A stretch of DNA of 64,000 bases from an uncultured Desulfovibrio sp. (GCA_900319575.1 ONPA01000192.1:9539-73538); one strand, 5' to 3'. Counted from the first letter of the stretch, positions 1 through 11,443 are shown. The notes: generated from the letters alone by a model not told the origin. Numbers and translations: made by a program.

Positions 1-1058
1 CGCACGCGCTCTTCTCCTTCTTCCTCTGGAAGGCCGGAGCCTGGTCCCAGTTCACGGCCATGACAACGGGGCAGCTCGACATACGGGAGGCCCTCGATGC
101 CGGCATCGGCATCTACATTACGCAGAACTGGCTTCCGCCTCTCATCGCCTGCCTGCCGGCGCTCTTTTTCCTCGCACGCAGAAAAACCATTCCCGGGGCT
201 CTCGCGCCCACGGTCTGCTATATCGTGGTCCTGGCCGTCTGGTACATATGGATGTGCGTCTCGCACAGGGTCTGGGAAGGCTACGGGCTCTCCTGGCCCA
301 CGCTGCTTGTGCTTCTGGGCGGCGTCATGGTCTTCCTGCCGAAAAAATTCACAGCCCCCTGGCTCAGGGATCCCGACAGCCCTCATCCGCTGCTCAGGGC
401 CTCGGCCGGCCTCGGCCTGGCCCTCCTGGTCTCCTGGTCCGTGGCCATCTCCGGCGGCTATAAAATCCCGGCCTTTTTCGCCTGCCCCCTGATCTTCGTC
501 CTGGTGCTCTGCCATCAGGCCCTGAAAAAATACACGGGGCGCTGCTCCGGCACGGCCCTGCTCTGGCTGACCGTGGTCTGCGGCACGGTCATGTTCGGCG
601 TGGGCTACCACTACCCCTATGTCTTCCCCGTGCGCCCGCTCCTCTCCACAGACTTCGTCATGAACGCGGGCGATATCTATCCTAAGGCCTCCGGCGTCCG
701 CGTCGACAGGGTCATGTATGAGAAACTCGCGGAACTAAAAAGCCTCCGCACAAAATACGGCTCCAATTACAAGACGCTCCCCGGCTTCACCCTTTCCTAC
801 TATCTCAACGACGATATGCCCGTCATTTCCTCGGACTGGCTGCAGAACTGGGAAATCAACGGCAAGTACCAGGAAGTGTACGACGAACTCGTAAAAAAAC
901 GCGTCACCGTGTTCATGGAACGCGACCAGATGGACGCCGAGCGCCCCGATGGCTACGAACGCACAGGCTACACCGTTCCCCAGTGGGTCCGCCACCGCTG
1001 GAAGCAGGTCGGGGAAACGAAGCATTTCGTCGTGTTCCAGGTCCCCGACGGGCAATGA
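1..1058 (+). CDS. Multi-pass membrane protein with C-terminal soluble domain (possibly GT-C/ArnT-like), 5' truncated by window edge
   Basis: ORF 60..1058 has several hydrophobic helices followed by a polar C-terminal domain; the frame appears open upstream of 60. Confidence 0.55.
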   Translation, partial: HALFSFFLWKAGAWSQFTAMTTGQLDIREALDAGIGIYITQNWLPPLIACLPALFFLARRKTIPGALAPTVCYIVVLAVWYIWMCVSHRVWEGYGLSWPTLLVLLGGVMVFLPKKFTAPWLRDPDSPHPLLRASAGLGLALLVSWSVAISGGYKIPAFFACPLIFVLVLCHQALKKYTGRCSGTALLWLTVVCGTVMFGVGYHYPYVFPVRPLLSTDFVMNAGDIYPKASGVRVDRVMYEKLAELKSLRTKYGSNYKTLPGFTLSYYLNDDMPVISSDWLQNWEINGKYQEVYDELVKKRVTVFMERDQMDAERPDGYERTGYTVPQWVRHRWKQVGETKHFVVFQVPDGQ

Positions 1059-1203
1059 GCCCCACGGGCACGGGCGTTGCCACTACGTTGCCAGGGTGCT
1101 AAGCTCCCCTGTTCAGGGCTGAAGACAGCCCTCCCATTCTTTCACACTCCGACAAAACAAAGGAGAAGCGGTCCTTCCGGGATCGCTTCTCCACAAAAGA
1201 GCC

Positions 1204-1650
1204 ATGGCAGAAAAAATTTCCTTCCCTGCATGTTATGACCCCGCCTCCGGCCAGAAAGGTGAAATTCTCGGCACCCTCGGCATTACCCTCCTTCCCCCTG
1301 AAGGCAGCGGACGCGACACCGTTGTCCGGGCCGAAATGCCCGTGGACGACAGGACTGCACAGTGCTACGGCTACCTCAGCGGCAGCGCCATGCTGGCCGT
1401 GGAAGAGGCCCTGGCTGGCTTCGGATCCACGAGACTTGTGCCGGATGGCTATAAACCCGTAGGAACCAGCGTCACGGCCAATCACGTTCACGCCGTCCCC
1501 TATGGAGAAAGCGTTACGGCTGAGGCTCACTGCCTCCATCTCGGCAGAACAACCCACCTCTGGAACGTGGAAGTGCGTGACAGGCAGGGCAGGCTCGTCT
1601 CCACGGCGCGCGTCCTCAACATGATTGTCCCCCTCAGAAGAGCCAAGTAA
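1204..1650 (+). CDS. menI: PaaI/hotdog thioesterase, probable DHNA-CoA thioesterase
   Basis: Hotdog motifs MPVDDRTAQCYGYLSGSA and HLGRTTHLWNVEV; first gene of the men operon. Confidence 0.8.
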   Translation: MAEKISFPACYDPASGQKGEILGTLGITLLPPEGSGRDTVVRAEMPVDDRTAQCYGYLSGSAMLAVEEALAGFGSTRLVPDGYKPVGTSVTANHVHAVPYGESVTAEAHCLHLGRTTHLWNVEVRDRQGRLVSTARVLNMIVPLRRAK

Positions 1651-2778
1651 ATGTCCTCCCCCCAGCATCAGACAGAGGCTCCCAGAACGTTTTCCTTCAT
1701 TCCCCGCGCCCTCGATGCCCTCGCATCGGAAGCAGGCTCCTTCGCCGTGTACCGCGAGCCTGACGGCATGGTGCGCATGACACGCCAGAAGGACGGAGGC
1801 TGCTCCGCGCCGGAAAATCCGGCCGCGCTCGAAGGATCCGGTTTCGTCATGGCGCCTTTCGCGTCCGGACCGGACACGCCCCTGATCTTTATCAGGGATG
1901 AACAGGGCGCCACGGGCTGGGACGAGATACGGGATCTTCTGCGAGCCCTCGTTTCTGTCCCCGCCGACGCGGTGAAGCCTTCCTCTCCCACGGGGCCCGT
2001 TCTCAGTGATACGCCGTCCCCCTCCTACGCGAGAGCCTTTTCTCTTTTTCACGACGCCCTCGTACGCGGTGTCTTCCGCAAAATCGTACTCGCGCGGAGC
2101 CAGTCCGTCCCCTTTACCTGCAGTCCCGGGCACGCCTTCCTGAACGCCTGCCGGCGCTATCCCAACGCCATGGTCTCTCTTGTGCACAGCCCAGCCTGCG
2201 GCACCTGGCTCGGCGCCACGCCGGAAATCCTGGTGAAGGGCGGGGGCTCCTCCTGGCAGAGCATGGCCCTGGCCGGCACGCGTCCGTTTACCGATACGGC
2301 CCCCTGGAGCGTCAAGAATCTCGAGGAACAGGCCCTGGTCTCCCGCTATATCCGGGACCGGCTGTCCCCCCTCTGCCGCGGCATCGAGACAAGGGGTCCC
2401 TGGACTGCGCCCGCAGGCTCTGTTCAGCATCTGCGCACGGACTTTTTCTTTGACGCGCTGCCCGGAGTCAGTGCGGCCGGCTTCGTAGCCGCACTGCATC
2501 CAACACCGGCTGTGTGCGGGCTGCCCCAGGACGAGGCCCGGGCCTTCATCCTCTCCTCGGAAGGATCCGGACGGCGTTACTACTCCGGCTATCTTGGTCC
2601 GCGCACCGATGACAGCGCCTCATTTTACGTCAACCTGCGGTGTGTGGAAATCCTTCCCTCAGCCACGGTCTTCTATGCGGGCGGCGGCCTCCTGCCGGCC
2701 TCGGAACTCGCCAGCGAGTGGCGTGAGACCTGCCACAAGATGCGCACCATGCTTTCCATCACCGGAATGGGAGCCTGA
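1651..2778 (+). CDS. menF: Isochorismate synthase
   Basis: Chorismate-binding motifs KIVLAR, WLGATPE, ALAGT, LHPTPAVCG, YAGGG. Confidence 0.9.
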   Translation: MSSPQHQTEAPRTFSFIPRALDALASEAGSFAVYREPDGMVRMTRQKDGGCSAPENPAALEGSGFVMAPFASGPDTPLIFIRDEQGATGWDEIRDLLRALVSVPADAVKPSSPTGPVLSDTPSPSYARAFSLFHDALVRGVFRKIVLARSQSVPFTCSPGHAFLNACRRYPNAMVSLVHSPACGTWLGATPEILVKGGGSSWQSMALAGTRPFTDTAPWSVKNLEEQALVSRYIRDRLSPLCRGIETRGPWTAPAGSVQHLRTDFFFDALPGVSAAGFVAALHPTPAVCGLPQDEARAFILSSEGSGRRYYSGYLGPRTDDSASFYVNLRCVEILPSATVFYAGGGLLPASELASEWRETCHKMRTMLSITGMGA

Positions 2779-2779
2779 C

Positions 2780-4468
2780 ATGTACTCCGTCAAAACCAAT
2801 GTTCTCGAACTCACTGCTCTCATGAAACAGCACGGCATCACCAGGGCCGTCCTGAGCCCGGGCTCGCGCAATTCGCCTCTCAATCACACGCTGGCCTCCT
2901 GTCCGGACATACTCTGTACACCGGTGACTGACGAGCGCAGTGCCGCTTTCACGGCCAACGGACTCTGCCAGGCCCTGCGCCGCCCCGTGGCCGCGTGCTG
3001 CACATCGGGTACGGCGCTTCTCGACATGGCACCTGCCGTAGCTGAAGCCTATTACCAGAATCTGCCCCTGCTCATTATTTCCGCAGACAGGCCGGCCTCG
3101 GCCATCGGCCAGATGGACGGCCAGACCATCGTGCAGCCCGGTTCCTTTCATAATTACATCAGGAAGGAAGTCACCCTGCCCGAGCCCCATGACGCAGAAA
3201 GCCTCTGGTACTGCAACAGGCTCATCAACGAGGCCCTGGCCGAGCTCACCCACAACGGCTTCGGTCCCGTCCACATCAACGTTCCCATAACGGAACCGCT
3301 CTTTGATATGTCCGCCCCTGCTCTTCCCGAAGTCCGCAGCTTCGTGCGTGAGCAGAGCCGCATGGCCTTCCTCACGCCTGACATGCGGAATGAATGGCGG
3401 AAGGCAAAACGCGTCATGATTATCTGCGGCCAGAGCCTGCCGGCCCCGGCCCTCGAAAAATCCCTCAGACGCGCTGCCGGGAAAGGGCATGCTGTTATCG
3501 TCTGCGAGCACCTCGCGAACCTTTCAGCCTCAATGGGGGAGAAGGGATTCATCGGGACATCGGATCTCGTCCTGGCGGCTCCCCGGACAGACGATATTCT
3601 GGCCCCCGACTTTGTCATCACTGTCGCGGGACATGTGGTCAGCAAACGGCTCAAGCAGTATCTGCGCAGAGTACGCCCTGCCGCCCACTGGCACGTGAGC
3701 CCTGACGGCGCCTGCCCCGATCTCTTCAGGTGCCTGACGCGCGCCGTCGAAGCCGATCCCGCGGAACTCATAGGCCTGCTGGCTGATGAGCCGGCTGACC
3801 GCAGTCCGGCTTTCCAGGACGCATGGCAGAAGGCAGGAAGCGCCGCAGCGCAGCGCGTGGCTGACTTCCGGCTCACGGAGTTCACCGATCTTTTCGTCAT
3901 GCGCCGCTTCCTTGAAGCCCTCCCCGACGGATCGGCCCTGCAGCTCGCCAACAGCTCCCCCGTGCGCAACGCCCAGTACTTTCCCCTGCCCCCGGACACC
4001 GAAGTCTGCTGCAACAGGGGTGTGAACGGCATTGACGGCTCCCTGTCCACGGCCACGGGGTTCGCTCTGGGATCGCCCAGGATGACCTATGCGCTCATCG
4101 GCGATCTGAGTTTCTTCTACGACCAGAACGCCCTTTGGAAAAAAAGCCTGCCTTCAAACCTGCGCATCCTGCTCTTCAATAATGGCGGCGGCGGCATCTT
4201 CCATGTCCTCCCAGGCCTCGATTCAGAGCACAGGGATCTCTACATAGCTGGCTCCAACGGCTTCAGCGCCCGCCACGTCGCCGAAACCTTCGGGCTCGGC
4301 TATCTCTCCGCGAAAAACGCCGGGGAACTGGACGCAGCCCTGAAACAATTCTGCGGCACAGGGGAAGGCAAAGCCCCGCTGCTTCTTGAAGTGTTCACGG
4401 ATATCGAAAAAGACGCCTCCGCGACGCGTGCCCTGACGGCAGCCGGAGCAGGAACGTCGGACAGATAA
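2780..4468 (+). CDS. menD: SEPHCHC synthase (ThDP-dependent)
   Basis: [40 protein letters not shown]...NNGGGGIF; start placed at ATG 2780 (MYSVKTN) immediately after the menF stop. Confidence 0.93.
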   Translation: MYSVKTNVLELTALMKQHGITRAVLSPGSRNSPLNHTLASCPDILCTPVTDERSAAFTANGLCQALRRPVAACCTSGTALLDMAPAVAEAYYQNLPLLIISADRPASAIGQMDGQTIVQPGSFHNYIRKEVTLPEPHDAESLWYCNRLINEALAELTHNGFGPVHINVPITEPLFDMSAPALPEVRSFVREQSRMAFLTPDMRNEWRKAKRVMIICGQSLPAPALEKSLRRAAGKGHAVIVCEHLANLSASMGEKGFIGTSDLVLAAPRTDDILAPDFVITVAGHVVSKRLKQYLRRVRPAAHWHVSPDGACPDLFRCLTRAVEADPAELIGLLADEPADRSPAFQDAWQKAGSAAAQRVADFRLTEFTDLFVMRRFLEALPDGSALQLANSSPVRNAQYFPLPPDTEVCCNRGVNGIDGSLSTATGFALGSPRMTYALIGDLSFFYDQNALWKKSLPSNLRILLFNNGGGGIFHVLPGLDSEHRDLYIAGSNGFSARHVAETFGLGYLSAKNAGELDAALKQFCGTGEGKAPLLLEVFTDIEKDASATRALTAAGAGTSDR

Positions 4469-4505
4469 TTTTCTTCTCAAACCCGAAAGCCATGCCGGAG
4501 GGACT

Positions 4506-5327
4506 ATGGCACAGCGCGAATGGAAAACCATCAAAAAATACGAAGAGATACTCTTTGACTATTATGAAGGCATAGCCAGGATCACTATCAACAGGCCCCG
4601 CTACCGCAACGCCTTCACGCCCGATACAACAAAGGAGATGAGCGAGGCATTCACCTACTGCCGCGAATGCCCGGATATCAACGTGGTCTTTCTTACCGGC
4701 GCGGGAGACAAGGCCTTCTGCAGCGGCGGTGACATGCACGTGAAGGATCGCGGCGGCTATGTGGGCAAGGACGGCGTCCCGAGACTGAACATTCTGGACG
4801 TGCAGAAGCAGATCCGCTCTCTGCCCAAGCCCGTCGTCGCCCTCGTAAACGGCTACGCCATCGGCGGCGGCCACGTCCTGCACGTTGTCTGCGACCTGAC
4901 CATTGCCTCCGAAAATGCCATCTTTGGCCAGACTGGGCCGCATGTGGGCAGCTTTGACGCCGGTTTCGGCTCCAGCTACCTCGCGCGCATCATCGGCCAG
5001 AAGAAGGCCAGGGAAATGTGGTTCCTCTGCCGTCAGTACTCAGCGCAGGAAGCCCTGCAGATGGGGCTTGTGAACAAAGTCGTTCCCCTCGACAAACTTG
5101 AGGATGAAGGCGTGGCCTGGGCAGAGCGCATGATGGAAATGAGCCCCATGGCCCTGCGCATGATCAAGGTCGGCCTTAACGCCGAGCTCGATGGCCAGGC
5201 TGGCATTCAGGAGCTGGCTGGCGACGCCACCCTTCTTTACTACCTCACCGACGAAGCCCAGGAAGGCGGCAAAGCCTTCCTCGAGAAGCGCAAGCCCAAC
5301 TTCAAGGACTATCCCAAGTTTCCCTAG
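4506..5327 (+). CDS. menB: 1,4-dihydroxy-2-naphthoyl-CoA synthase
   Basis: Crotonase fold: [49 protein letters not shown]. Confidence 0.96.
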   Translation: MAQREWKTIKKYEEILFDYYEGIARITINRPRYRNAFTPDTTKEMSEAFTYCRECPDINVVFLTGAGDKAFCSGGDMHVKDRGGYVGKDGVPRLNILDVQKQIRSLPKPVVALVNGYAIGGGHVLHVVCDLTIASENAIFGQTGPHVGSFDAGFGSSYLARIIGQKKAREMWFLCRQYSAQEALQMGLVNKVVPLDKLEDEGVAWAERMMEMSPMALRMIKVGLNAELDGQAGIQELAGDATLLYYLTDEAQEGGKAFLEKRKPNFKDYPKFP

Positions 5328-5342
5328 GCCGGAGATGCGGTT

Positions 5343-6410
5343 ATGAGCTGGAAAGTCACCATAGTTCCGCGCACCCTGCACTTCAGGGAGCCGGCTGGCA
5401 CGTCCCGCGGCGTCTACCTCACCCACGACGTCTGGTACGTTGTCCTGGAGGACAAGGAGGGCCGCTTCGGCGTGGGCGAGTGCGCCCCGCTCCCTGATCT
5501 GAGCCAGGAAGCCGGTCCGGACTACGAGGAAAGGCTCCATGAATACTGCCGCGCCTTCGCCAAAAGCGGCGACATTTACGGAAGCGTCCCATCCTCGTAT
5601 CCTTCCGTGCGCTTCGGTCTCGAAACGGCGCTCAGGCATGCCCAGTGCGGAACCATACGTCTCTGGGACACGCCCTTCAGCCGGGGTGAAAAGGACATCA
5701 CCATCAACGGCCTGGTGTGGATGGGCAGCCATGACAAAATGCTCGAGCGCCTCGACGCCAAGATGAAAGCCGGATTTCACTGCGTAAAACTCAAAATCGG
5801 CGCTATCGGCTTCGACGAGGAGTGCGATCTCATGCGGCACATCCGCATGCGCTACCCGGATCCCGGGGAGCTCGAGCTGCGGCTCGACGCCAACGGCGGC
5901 TTCACGCCTGAAAACGCCATGCAGCGGCTCGAAAAACTCGCCGAGTTCAGACCGCATTCCATTGAGCAGCCCATCAGACAGGGACAGTGGGAAGCCAGCG
6001 GCAGGCTCTGCGCCTCGTCGCCCGTGCCTATAGCCCTCGATGAGGAACTCATCGGCCTCAATGACGCAAAGCAGAAGGCTGATATGCTCGATGCCGTGCA
6101 TCCGAAGTACATCATTCTGAAACCGACCCTGCACGGCGGCCTCAGGGGCTCAGAAGAATGGATCCGGCTTGCCGGGGAACGCGGCATCGGTTTCTGGGCC
6201 ACCAGCGCCCTCGAATCCAATGTCGGGCTCAACGCCATCGCCCAGTGGCGGGCTGCCTCGGACTGCACCATGCCTCAGGGGCTCGGAACCGGGCAGCTTT
6301 TCACGGACAACATGGAGAGCTACCCGCTTTCCATCCGCGGCGAAGCCCTGCACTTCGACCCTGACGCGCCGGAGCCGGATCTCAGAAGCTGGCTCGGTCT
6401 CGAAAGATAA
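5343..6410 (+). CDS. menC: o-succinylbenzoate synthase (enolase superfamily)
   Basis: KLKIG, LRLDANGG, IEQP, IALDEEL, ILKP, SALES motifs; located in the men operon. Confidence 0.9.
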   Translation: MSWKVTIVPRTLHFREPAGTSRGVYLTHDVWYVVLEDKEGRFGVGECAPLPDLSQEAGPDYEERLHEYCRAFAKSGDIYGSVPSSYPSVRFGLETALRHAQCGTIRLWDTPFSRGEKDITINGLVWMGSHDKMLERLDAKMKAGFHCVKLKIGAIGFDEECDLMRHIRMRYPDPGELELRLDANGGFTPENAMQRLEKLAEFRPHSIEQPIRQGQWEASGRLCASSPVPIALDEELIGLNDAKQKADMLDAVHPKYIILKPTLHGGLRGSEEWIRLAGERGIGFWATSALESNVGLNAIAQWRAASDCTMPQGLGTGQLFTDNMESYPLSIRGEALHFDPDAPEPDLRSWLGLER

Positions 6411-6428
6411 CGAAAATGGAAAGGAGCG

Positions 6429-7559
6429 ATGAAGATGAAGGACATACCCTCTCTGGAAGAGGAAAATCTGACGCATCTGAGGCAGCTCACCCTGACGCTG
6501 AACGGATCCGAACTCAAAGGGGGCCTGCTCTCCGCCTTCATCGCTTCCCATTTCCGCAGGGAGGGCATTCTCGGCGACCTCTCGCGCTTCCTCGCTGACT
6601 GGCAGTCTCCCTCCGCCACGGTGCCCGTGCAGACTTCGGGATCCACGGGAGCGCCGAAGCCCATGCAGGCGGAAAAACGCCGCATGGCCCAAAGCGCCCG
6701 CCGCACCTGCGCCTTCCTCGGACTCAGGCCGGGAGATTCCGCTCTCCTTGCTATGCCCCTCAGGTACATCGCCGGCAAGATGGTCGTGGTGCGCGCCCTC
6801 GTCCAGGGGCTCAACCTGGTAGCCGTCGAGCCCTGCTCCTCGCCGCTCAGGGAGGTCGGCACGCCTCTGGACTTCGCCGCTCTCACGCCCATGCAGGCCT
6901 ATGAGAGCCTGCGCGATCCCGTCTGCTCGGAACGGCTCAGGAATGTGAGGCACCTGCTCCTCGGCGGCGGAGCCGTAACCGGCTCTCTGGCGGCGGCCCT
7001 CAGGGATTTCCCCAACGCAGTCTGGTCGTCTTACGCCATGACCGAGACGCTTTCACACATTGCCTTAAGGAAAGTGAACAGCCAGGACGCCACGGACTGG
7101 TACACGCCCATGCCCGGCGTCTCGGTACACCTCTCCGGAAAGGGCACGCTCGTCATTGACGCGCCCAGTGTCTGCGAAAAGGTCCTCACGACCAACGATA
7201 TTGCCGAAATCAGCCCGGACGGGCGCTTCCGCATCAGGGGACGCCTCGACAACGTCATCGACACGGGCGGCATCAAGGTGCAGGCAGAGGAAGTGGAGCA
7301 GAAGCTCGCTGAAAGAATTCTCGGCGCTTTCTGCATTACATCCGTTCCCGATGACAGACTGGGCGAAAAAATCACGCTCCTCCACACATCTGGCATGACA
7401 GACACCGAACTCGATGCGCTCTGCCGGGATGTCCTGCCAAAGTACTGGGTGCCCCGCGCTTTCATCCGCGTGGAGGCCATCCCGCTCACCGGAACCGGCA
7501 AAACAGCCAGAGCTGACGCGAAGAAACTCGCCCTGTCGAAATACTTTCCTGCCGGGTAA
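6429..7559 (+). CDS. menE: o-succinylbenzoate-CoA ligase (short AMP-binding type)
   Basis: TSGSTGAPK, YAMTET, GRLDNVIDTGGIK, TGTGK. Confidence 0.9.
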   Translation: MKMKDIPSLEEENLTHLRQLTLTLNGSELKGGLLSAFIASHFRREGILGDLSRFLADWQSPSATVPVQTSGSTGAPKPMQAEKRRMAQSARRTCAFLGLRPGDSALLAMPLRYIAGKMVVVRALVQGLNLVAVEPCSSPLREVGTPLDFAALTPMQAYESLRDPVCSERLRNVRHLLLGGGAVTGSLAAALRDFPNAVWSSYAMTETLSHIALRKVNSQDATDWYTPMPGVSVHLSGKGTLVIDAPSVCEKVLTTNDIAEISPDGRFRIRGRLDNVIDTGGIKVQAEEVEQKLAERILGAFCITSVPDDRLGEKITLLHTSGMTDTELDALCRDVLPKYWVPRAFIRVEAIPLTGTGKTARADAKKLALSKYFPAG

Positions 7560-7687
7560 CCCCCTTCACTCCGCTTCCGGAGCGCGGCTGAAGGTGATGA
7601 CCTTCAGCCTTTTTTTTTCTATAATGTACCTTTCCACTTCTTTTTTCACGCGGGAGGACATCCTCTTTCCGCGGCGGGAGGAGCCGC

Positions 7688-10600
7688 ATGTCCGATTTTA
7701 TCCATCTCCACTGCCATACCGAATACAGCATGCTTGACGGCGCCATCCGCCTCAAGGACCTGTGCCAGAAGGCGAAGGACTACGGTATGGGGGCCTGCGC
7801 CGTCACAGACCACGGAAACATGTTCGCTGCGGCCTCCTTCCAGAAGGCCTGCACGGAATTCGGCATCAAGCCCATTTTCGGCTGTGAGGTCTATACCTGC
7901 CGCGATCACCTGGACACCAAGAGCGAGGACGCCAAGCGCCGCAACCACCTGATCCTGCTCGCGAAGAACATGACCGGCTACCACAACCTTGTGAAAGTGG
8001 TGACCAAGGGCTGGCTTGAGGGCTTCTTCTATAAACCGCGCGTGGACTGGAACATTCTTAAGGAATATTCCGAGGGCATCATCTGTCTGACAGCCTGCAT
8101 CCAGGGCGAAATACCCCAGGCCATCCTGTCGGGCGACATGGACAAGGCCCGCAGGATCACAAGGCAGTACGCGGAACTTTACAAAGACAATTTCTACCTC
8201 GAGCTGCAGCACAACGGCCTCGAGAAGCAGACCATCGTCAACAACGGCCTCCTTGAACTGGCAGAGAGCGAACACCTGCCAGTGGTGGCCACCAATGACT
8301 GCCATTACCTCAACGCGGACGATTACGAAGCTCACGAAATTCTGCTCTGCATCGGCACGGGTTCCACCATCAACGACAAAAAACGCTTCCGTTTCGAAAC
8401 CCACGAGCTTTATTACAAGTCGCCGGAAGAAATGGAGCGCGACTTTGCGTCCGTACCCCAGGCCATTGAGAATACGGCGAAAATCGCGGAGATGTGCAAC
8501 TGCGAGCTGACCTTCGGCAAGCACTTCTTTCCCAAATACCCGCTGCCCGAGGGTGCCAGCCTGGAGTCCGAATTCCGTAAACTGGCCGAGGAGGGTCTCG
8601 AACGCCGTTTCCGCGAGCATCCGAATCCGGAAACTATAGACAAGGACAAATACCGCAAGCGCCTGCAGCATGAAATCGGCGTCATCCTGGAAATGGGTTT
8701 CCCCGGCTACTTCCTCATTGTGCAGGAATTCATCAACTGGGCCAAGAACCACGGCGTGCCAACAGGACCGGGACGTGGCTCGGCGGCAGGTTCCCTTGTG
8801 GCCTGGTCCATGCGCATTACCAACCTCGATCCCATGCCGTATAACCTGCTGTTCGAACGTTTCCTGAACATCGAACGCGTGTCCCTCCCCGATATCGACG
8901 TCGACTTCTGCGAACGCCGCCGGTACAGGGTCATCAGACACATGGCCGACACCTACGGAGAGGACTCCGTGTCCCAGATCGCCGCATTCGGCAAGATGAA
9001 GGCCAAGGCCGTCATCCATGACGTGGGCCGCGTGCTGGGAATGTCGTTCCAGGAACGCGCGGCCATCGCCAAGCTGGTGCCCGGCAACGATCCCAAGATC
9101 CACATCAGCGATGTACTTAAGCAGGAGCCAGAGCTCCAGAAGCGCTACGACACGGAACCACAGATCAGGCATCTCCTTGACATCGCCATGAAGCTGGAGG
9201 GCCTCACCCGGCAGGCCAGCATGCATGCGGCCGGACTTGTGGTTTCTGACAAGCCAATGGTCGAGTACCTCCCCCTCTTCCGGGGCAAACACGGCGAGCA
9301 GGTCACCCAGTTTGACGGCCCCATGGTCGAGCAGACGGGCCTTGTCAAATTCGACTTTCTCGGCCTCAAGACCATGACGCTTATTCAGGATGCTCTGGAT
9401 AACATCAAACTGGAGGGTGAGGAGCCGCCGAATCTCGATATCCTGCCCTTCACGGATCAGGCCACTTACGACCTCTATTCCCGCGGCGATACGGACGGTG
9501 TCTTCCAGGTCGAAGGATCCGGTATGCGTCAGTACCTGCGCATGCTGCACCCCTCCTGCTTCGAAGATCTCATAGCCATGCTCGCCCTCTACCGCCCCGG
9601 GCCTCTTGGCTCGGGCATGGTCGACGAATTCATCAAGCGCAAGCATGGTGAAGTACCCGTCGTTTACCCGCACCCGTCTCTGGAAAGCTGCCTCAAGGAT
9701 ACCTACGGCGTCATTGTCTACCAGGAACAGGTCATGCAGATCGCCCAGATCATCGCCAACTACACGCTGGGCGGCGCTGACCTGCTGCGGCGCGCCATGG
9801 GCAAGAAAAAAGCCGAGGCCATGGCCAAGCAGCGTTCCATCTTCGTCAAGGGTGCCGCGGAAAACAACATCTCCGAGGAAAAGGCCAACGAAATCTTCGA
9901 CTTGATGGAAAAGTTCGCGGCCTATGGCTTCAACAAATCCCATTCCGCGGCTTACGCCCAGATCTCCTACTACACTGCCTGGCTCAAGGTTCACCACACC
10001 TGCGCCTTCATGGCTGCCCTGCTCACCAGCGAAATGGGCAACCAGGAAAAACTCCTCAAATACATTTCCTGCTGCAAGGATCGCGGCGTGGATGTCCTGC
10101 CGCCTTCCGTAAACTACTCTCAGCGTTCCTTCTCGGCCAAGGACGGCAAAATCGTCTTCGGCCTTGGAGGCATCAAAAACGTGGGCGACGAAGCCATCCA
10201 GGAAATCGTCAACGGCCGCAAAAACGGCGAGTACAAGTCGCTCTACGATCTGTGCACCCGCGTCAACATGCGTAAAGTCACCAAGCGTGTTCTGGAATCC
10301 CTGATCAAGGGTGGCGCCTTCGACTGCACCGGCGCCACTCGGCAGGCTCTTCTCTGCTGCCTCGATCTGGTGGTGGAGAAAGCCCAGAGAAGAGCGAAAC
10401 TCAACGAGTCGCAGTCAACATCTCTGCTCGCCCTGTCTCCGAAGCTTAAGGTTGCCATGGAACAGCTGCCCGGCGTGGGTATTAACTGCCCTGACGCCGG
10501 ACTCGAGGAATTCCCGGACGACATCAAGCTGCAGAACGAAAAGGAAGCCCTCGGATTCTACCTCACCTCCCATCCGCTCCAGCCTTTCACCCAGCAGTGG

Positions 10601-11197
10601 AAACGCATTGGCAACATGGATCTGGAATCCCTGCAGGATCTTTATCCCGGTGCCGAAATCCGGACGGCCGTGCTGGTCACCAGCTGGCGCGAGGCGCTCA
10701 CCAAGGCTGGCGGCAAGCGCATGGCTTTCGTTCAGGTTGAAGATCTGACCGGACACGCCGAAGTGACATTCTTCCATAAAGCCTACACGCCCGAGCTGCG
10801 CGCTCTCCTCGAGTCGGAACAGCCGCTCTGGCTCACGGGAAGACTCGACAAGAACCAGGAAAAGGAAAACGAGACAGAACCGGGTGACGATGAGGCTGGT
10901 GAATCCCAGGCTCCCCGCGAACTCAGAATCATCGGCGACAGCATGCGGCCGCTCCAGAGTATCTGTCAGGAAAGCCGTCACCCTGTCGTCGTGCAGATTC
11001 CGGAGAACCGCCTGGACGAAGAAGCCATGCTCTCTCTGCGCGCCATTCTGGAAAAATATCCCGGCAGCGTATCCACCGAAGCCTCAGTGCTCGTGGACGG
11101 ACTCTACTGCCACCTTTCCCTGGATCCCGAGCTCACGGTCACGCCCGGTCCCGAGCTGGACAGGGCTCTCTCTGCCTGGGCCGCAGCCGGACAATAG
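7688..11197 (+). CDS. dnaE: DNA polymerase III alpha subunit
   Basis: HLHCHTEYSMLDG PHP domain, GRGSAAGS, PDIDVDF, KFDFLGL, YGFNKSH; 1169 aa. Confidence 0.98.
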   Translation: MSDFIHLHCHTEYSMLDGAIRLKDLCQKAKDYGMGACAVTDHGNMFAAASFQKACTEFGIKPIFGCEVYTCRDHLDTKSEDAKRRNHLILLAKNMTGYHNLVKVVTKGWLEGFFYKPRVDWNILKEYSEGIICLTACIQGEIPQAILSGDMDKARRITRQYAELYKDNFYLELQHNGLEKQTIVNNGLLELAESEHLPVVATNDCHYLNADDYEAHEILLCIGTGSTINDKKRFRFETHELYYKSPEEMERDFASVPQAIENTAKIAEMCNCELTFGKHFFPKYPLPEGASLESEFRKLAEEGLERRFREHPNPETIDKDKYRKRLQHEIGVILEMGFPGYFLIVQEFINWAKNHGVPTGPGRGSAAGSLVAWSMRITNLDPMPYNLLFERFLNIERVSLPDIDVDFCERRRYRVIRHMADTYGEDSVSQIAAFGKMKAKAVIHDVGRVLGMSFQERAAIAKLVPGNDPKIHISDVLKQEPELQKRYDTEPQIRHLLDIAMKLEGLTRQASMHAAGLVVSDKPMVEYLPLFRGKHGEQVTQFDGPMVEQTGLVKFDFLGLKTMTLIQDALDNIKLEGEEPPNLDILPFTDQATYDLYSRGDTDGVFQVEGSGMRQYLRMLHPSCFEDLIAMLALYRPGPLGSGMVDEFIKRKHGEVPVVYPHPSLESCLKDTYGVIVYQEQVMQIAQIIANYTLGGADLLRRAMGKKKAEAMAKQRSIFVKGAAENNISEEKANEIFDLMEKFAAYGFNKSHSAAYAQISYYTAWLKVHHTCAFMAALLTSEMGNQEKLLKYISCCKDRGVDVLPPSVNYSQRSFSAKDGKIVFGLGGIKNVGDEAIQEIVNGRKNGEYKSLYDLCTRVNMRKVTKRVLESLIKGGAFDCTGATRQALLCCLDLVVEKAQRRAKLNESQSTSLLALSPKLKVAMEQLPGVGINCPDAGLEEFPDDIKLQNEKEALGFYLTSHPLQPFTQQWKRIGNMDLESLQDLYPGAEIRTAVLVTSWREALTKAGGKRMAFVQVEDLTGHAEVTFFHKAYTPELRALLESEQPLWLTGRLDKNQEKENETEPGDDEAGESQAPRELRIIGDSMRPLQSICQESRHPVVVQIPENRLDEEAMLSLRAILEKYPGSVSTEASVLVDGLYCHLSLDPELTVTPGPELDRALSAWAAAGQ

Positions 11198-11443
11198 ACA
11201 AAACAGGCTCCTGTGGTTCTCTCACGGAGCACCGGAGCCTGTAACGAGTCGGGCTTCAGTCATTTGCCGGAGAAAAAGAGCCGGAGGCTTACAGGCGGAC
11301 AGGAAACCGCTCCGCCTGGTTACGGAGACGCTTCAGCACCGCTTCGCCTTCCCTGACTGAACATACCGGTTCATCATACAGAGCAGAGCCCTAAAAAATC
11401 CTGCGTACGCTGTTCGCAAAAAAGCCCCCAGTCCGGGGGAAAA

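Noticed and set aside
7646-9997. Long antisense ORFs (e.g. 7646-9997, 20683-22410, 31259-32575, 46117-47499)
   Set aside because: Shadow frames opposite well-supported genes, as expected from GC-rich codon bias; no recognisable motifs.
7688-11197. Possible intein in DnaE
   Set aside because: Length is normal (1169 aa) and no intein splice motifs are visible.
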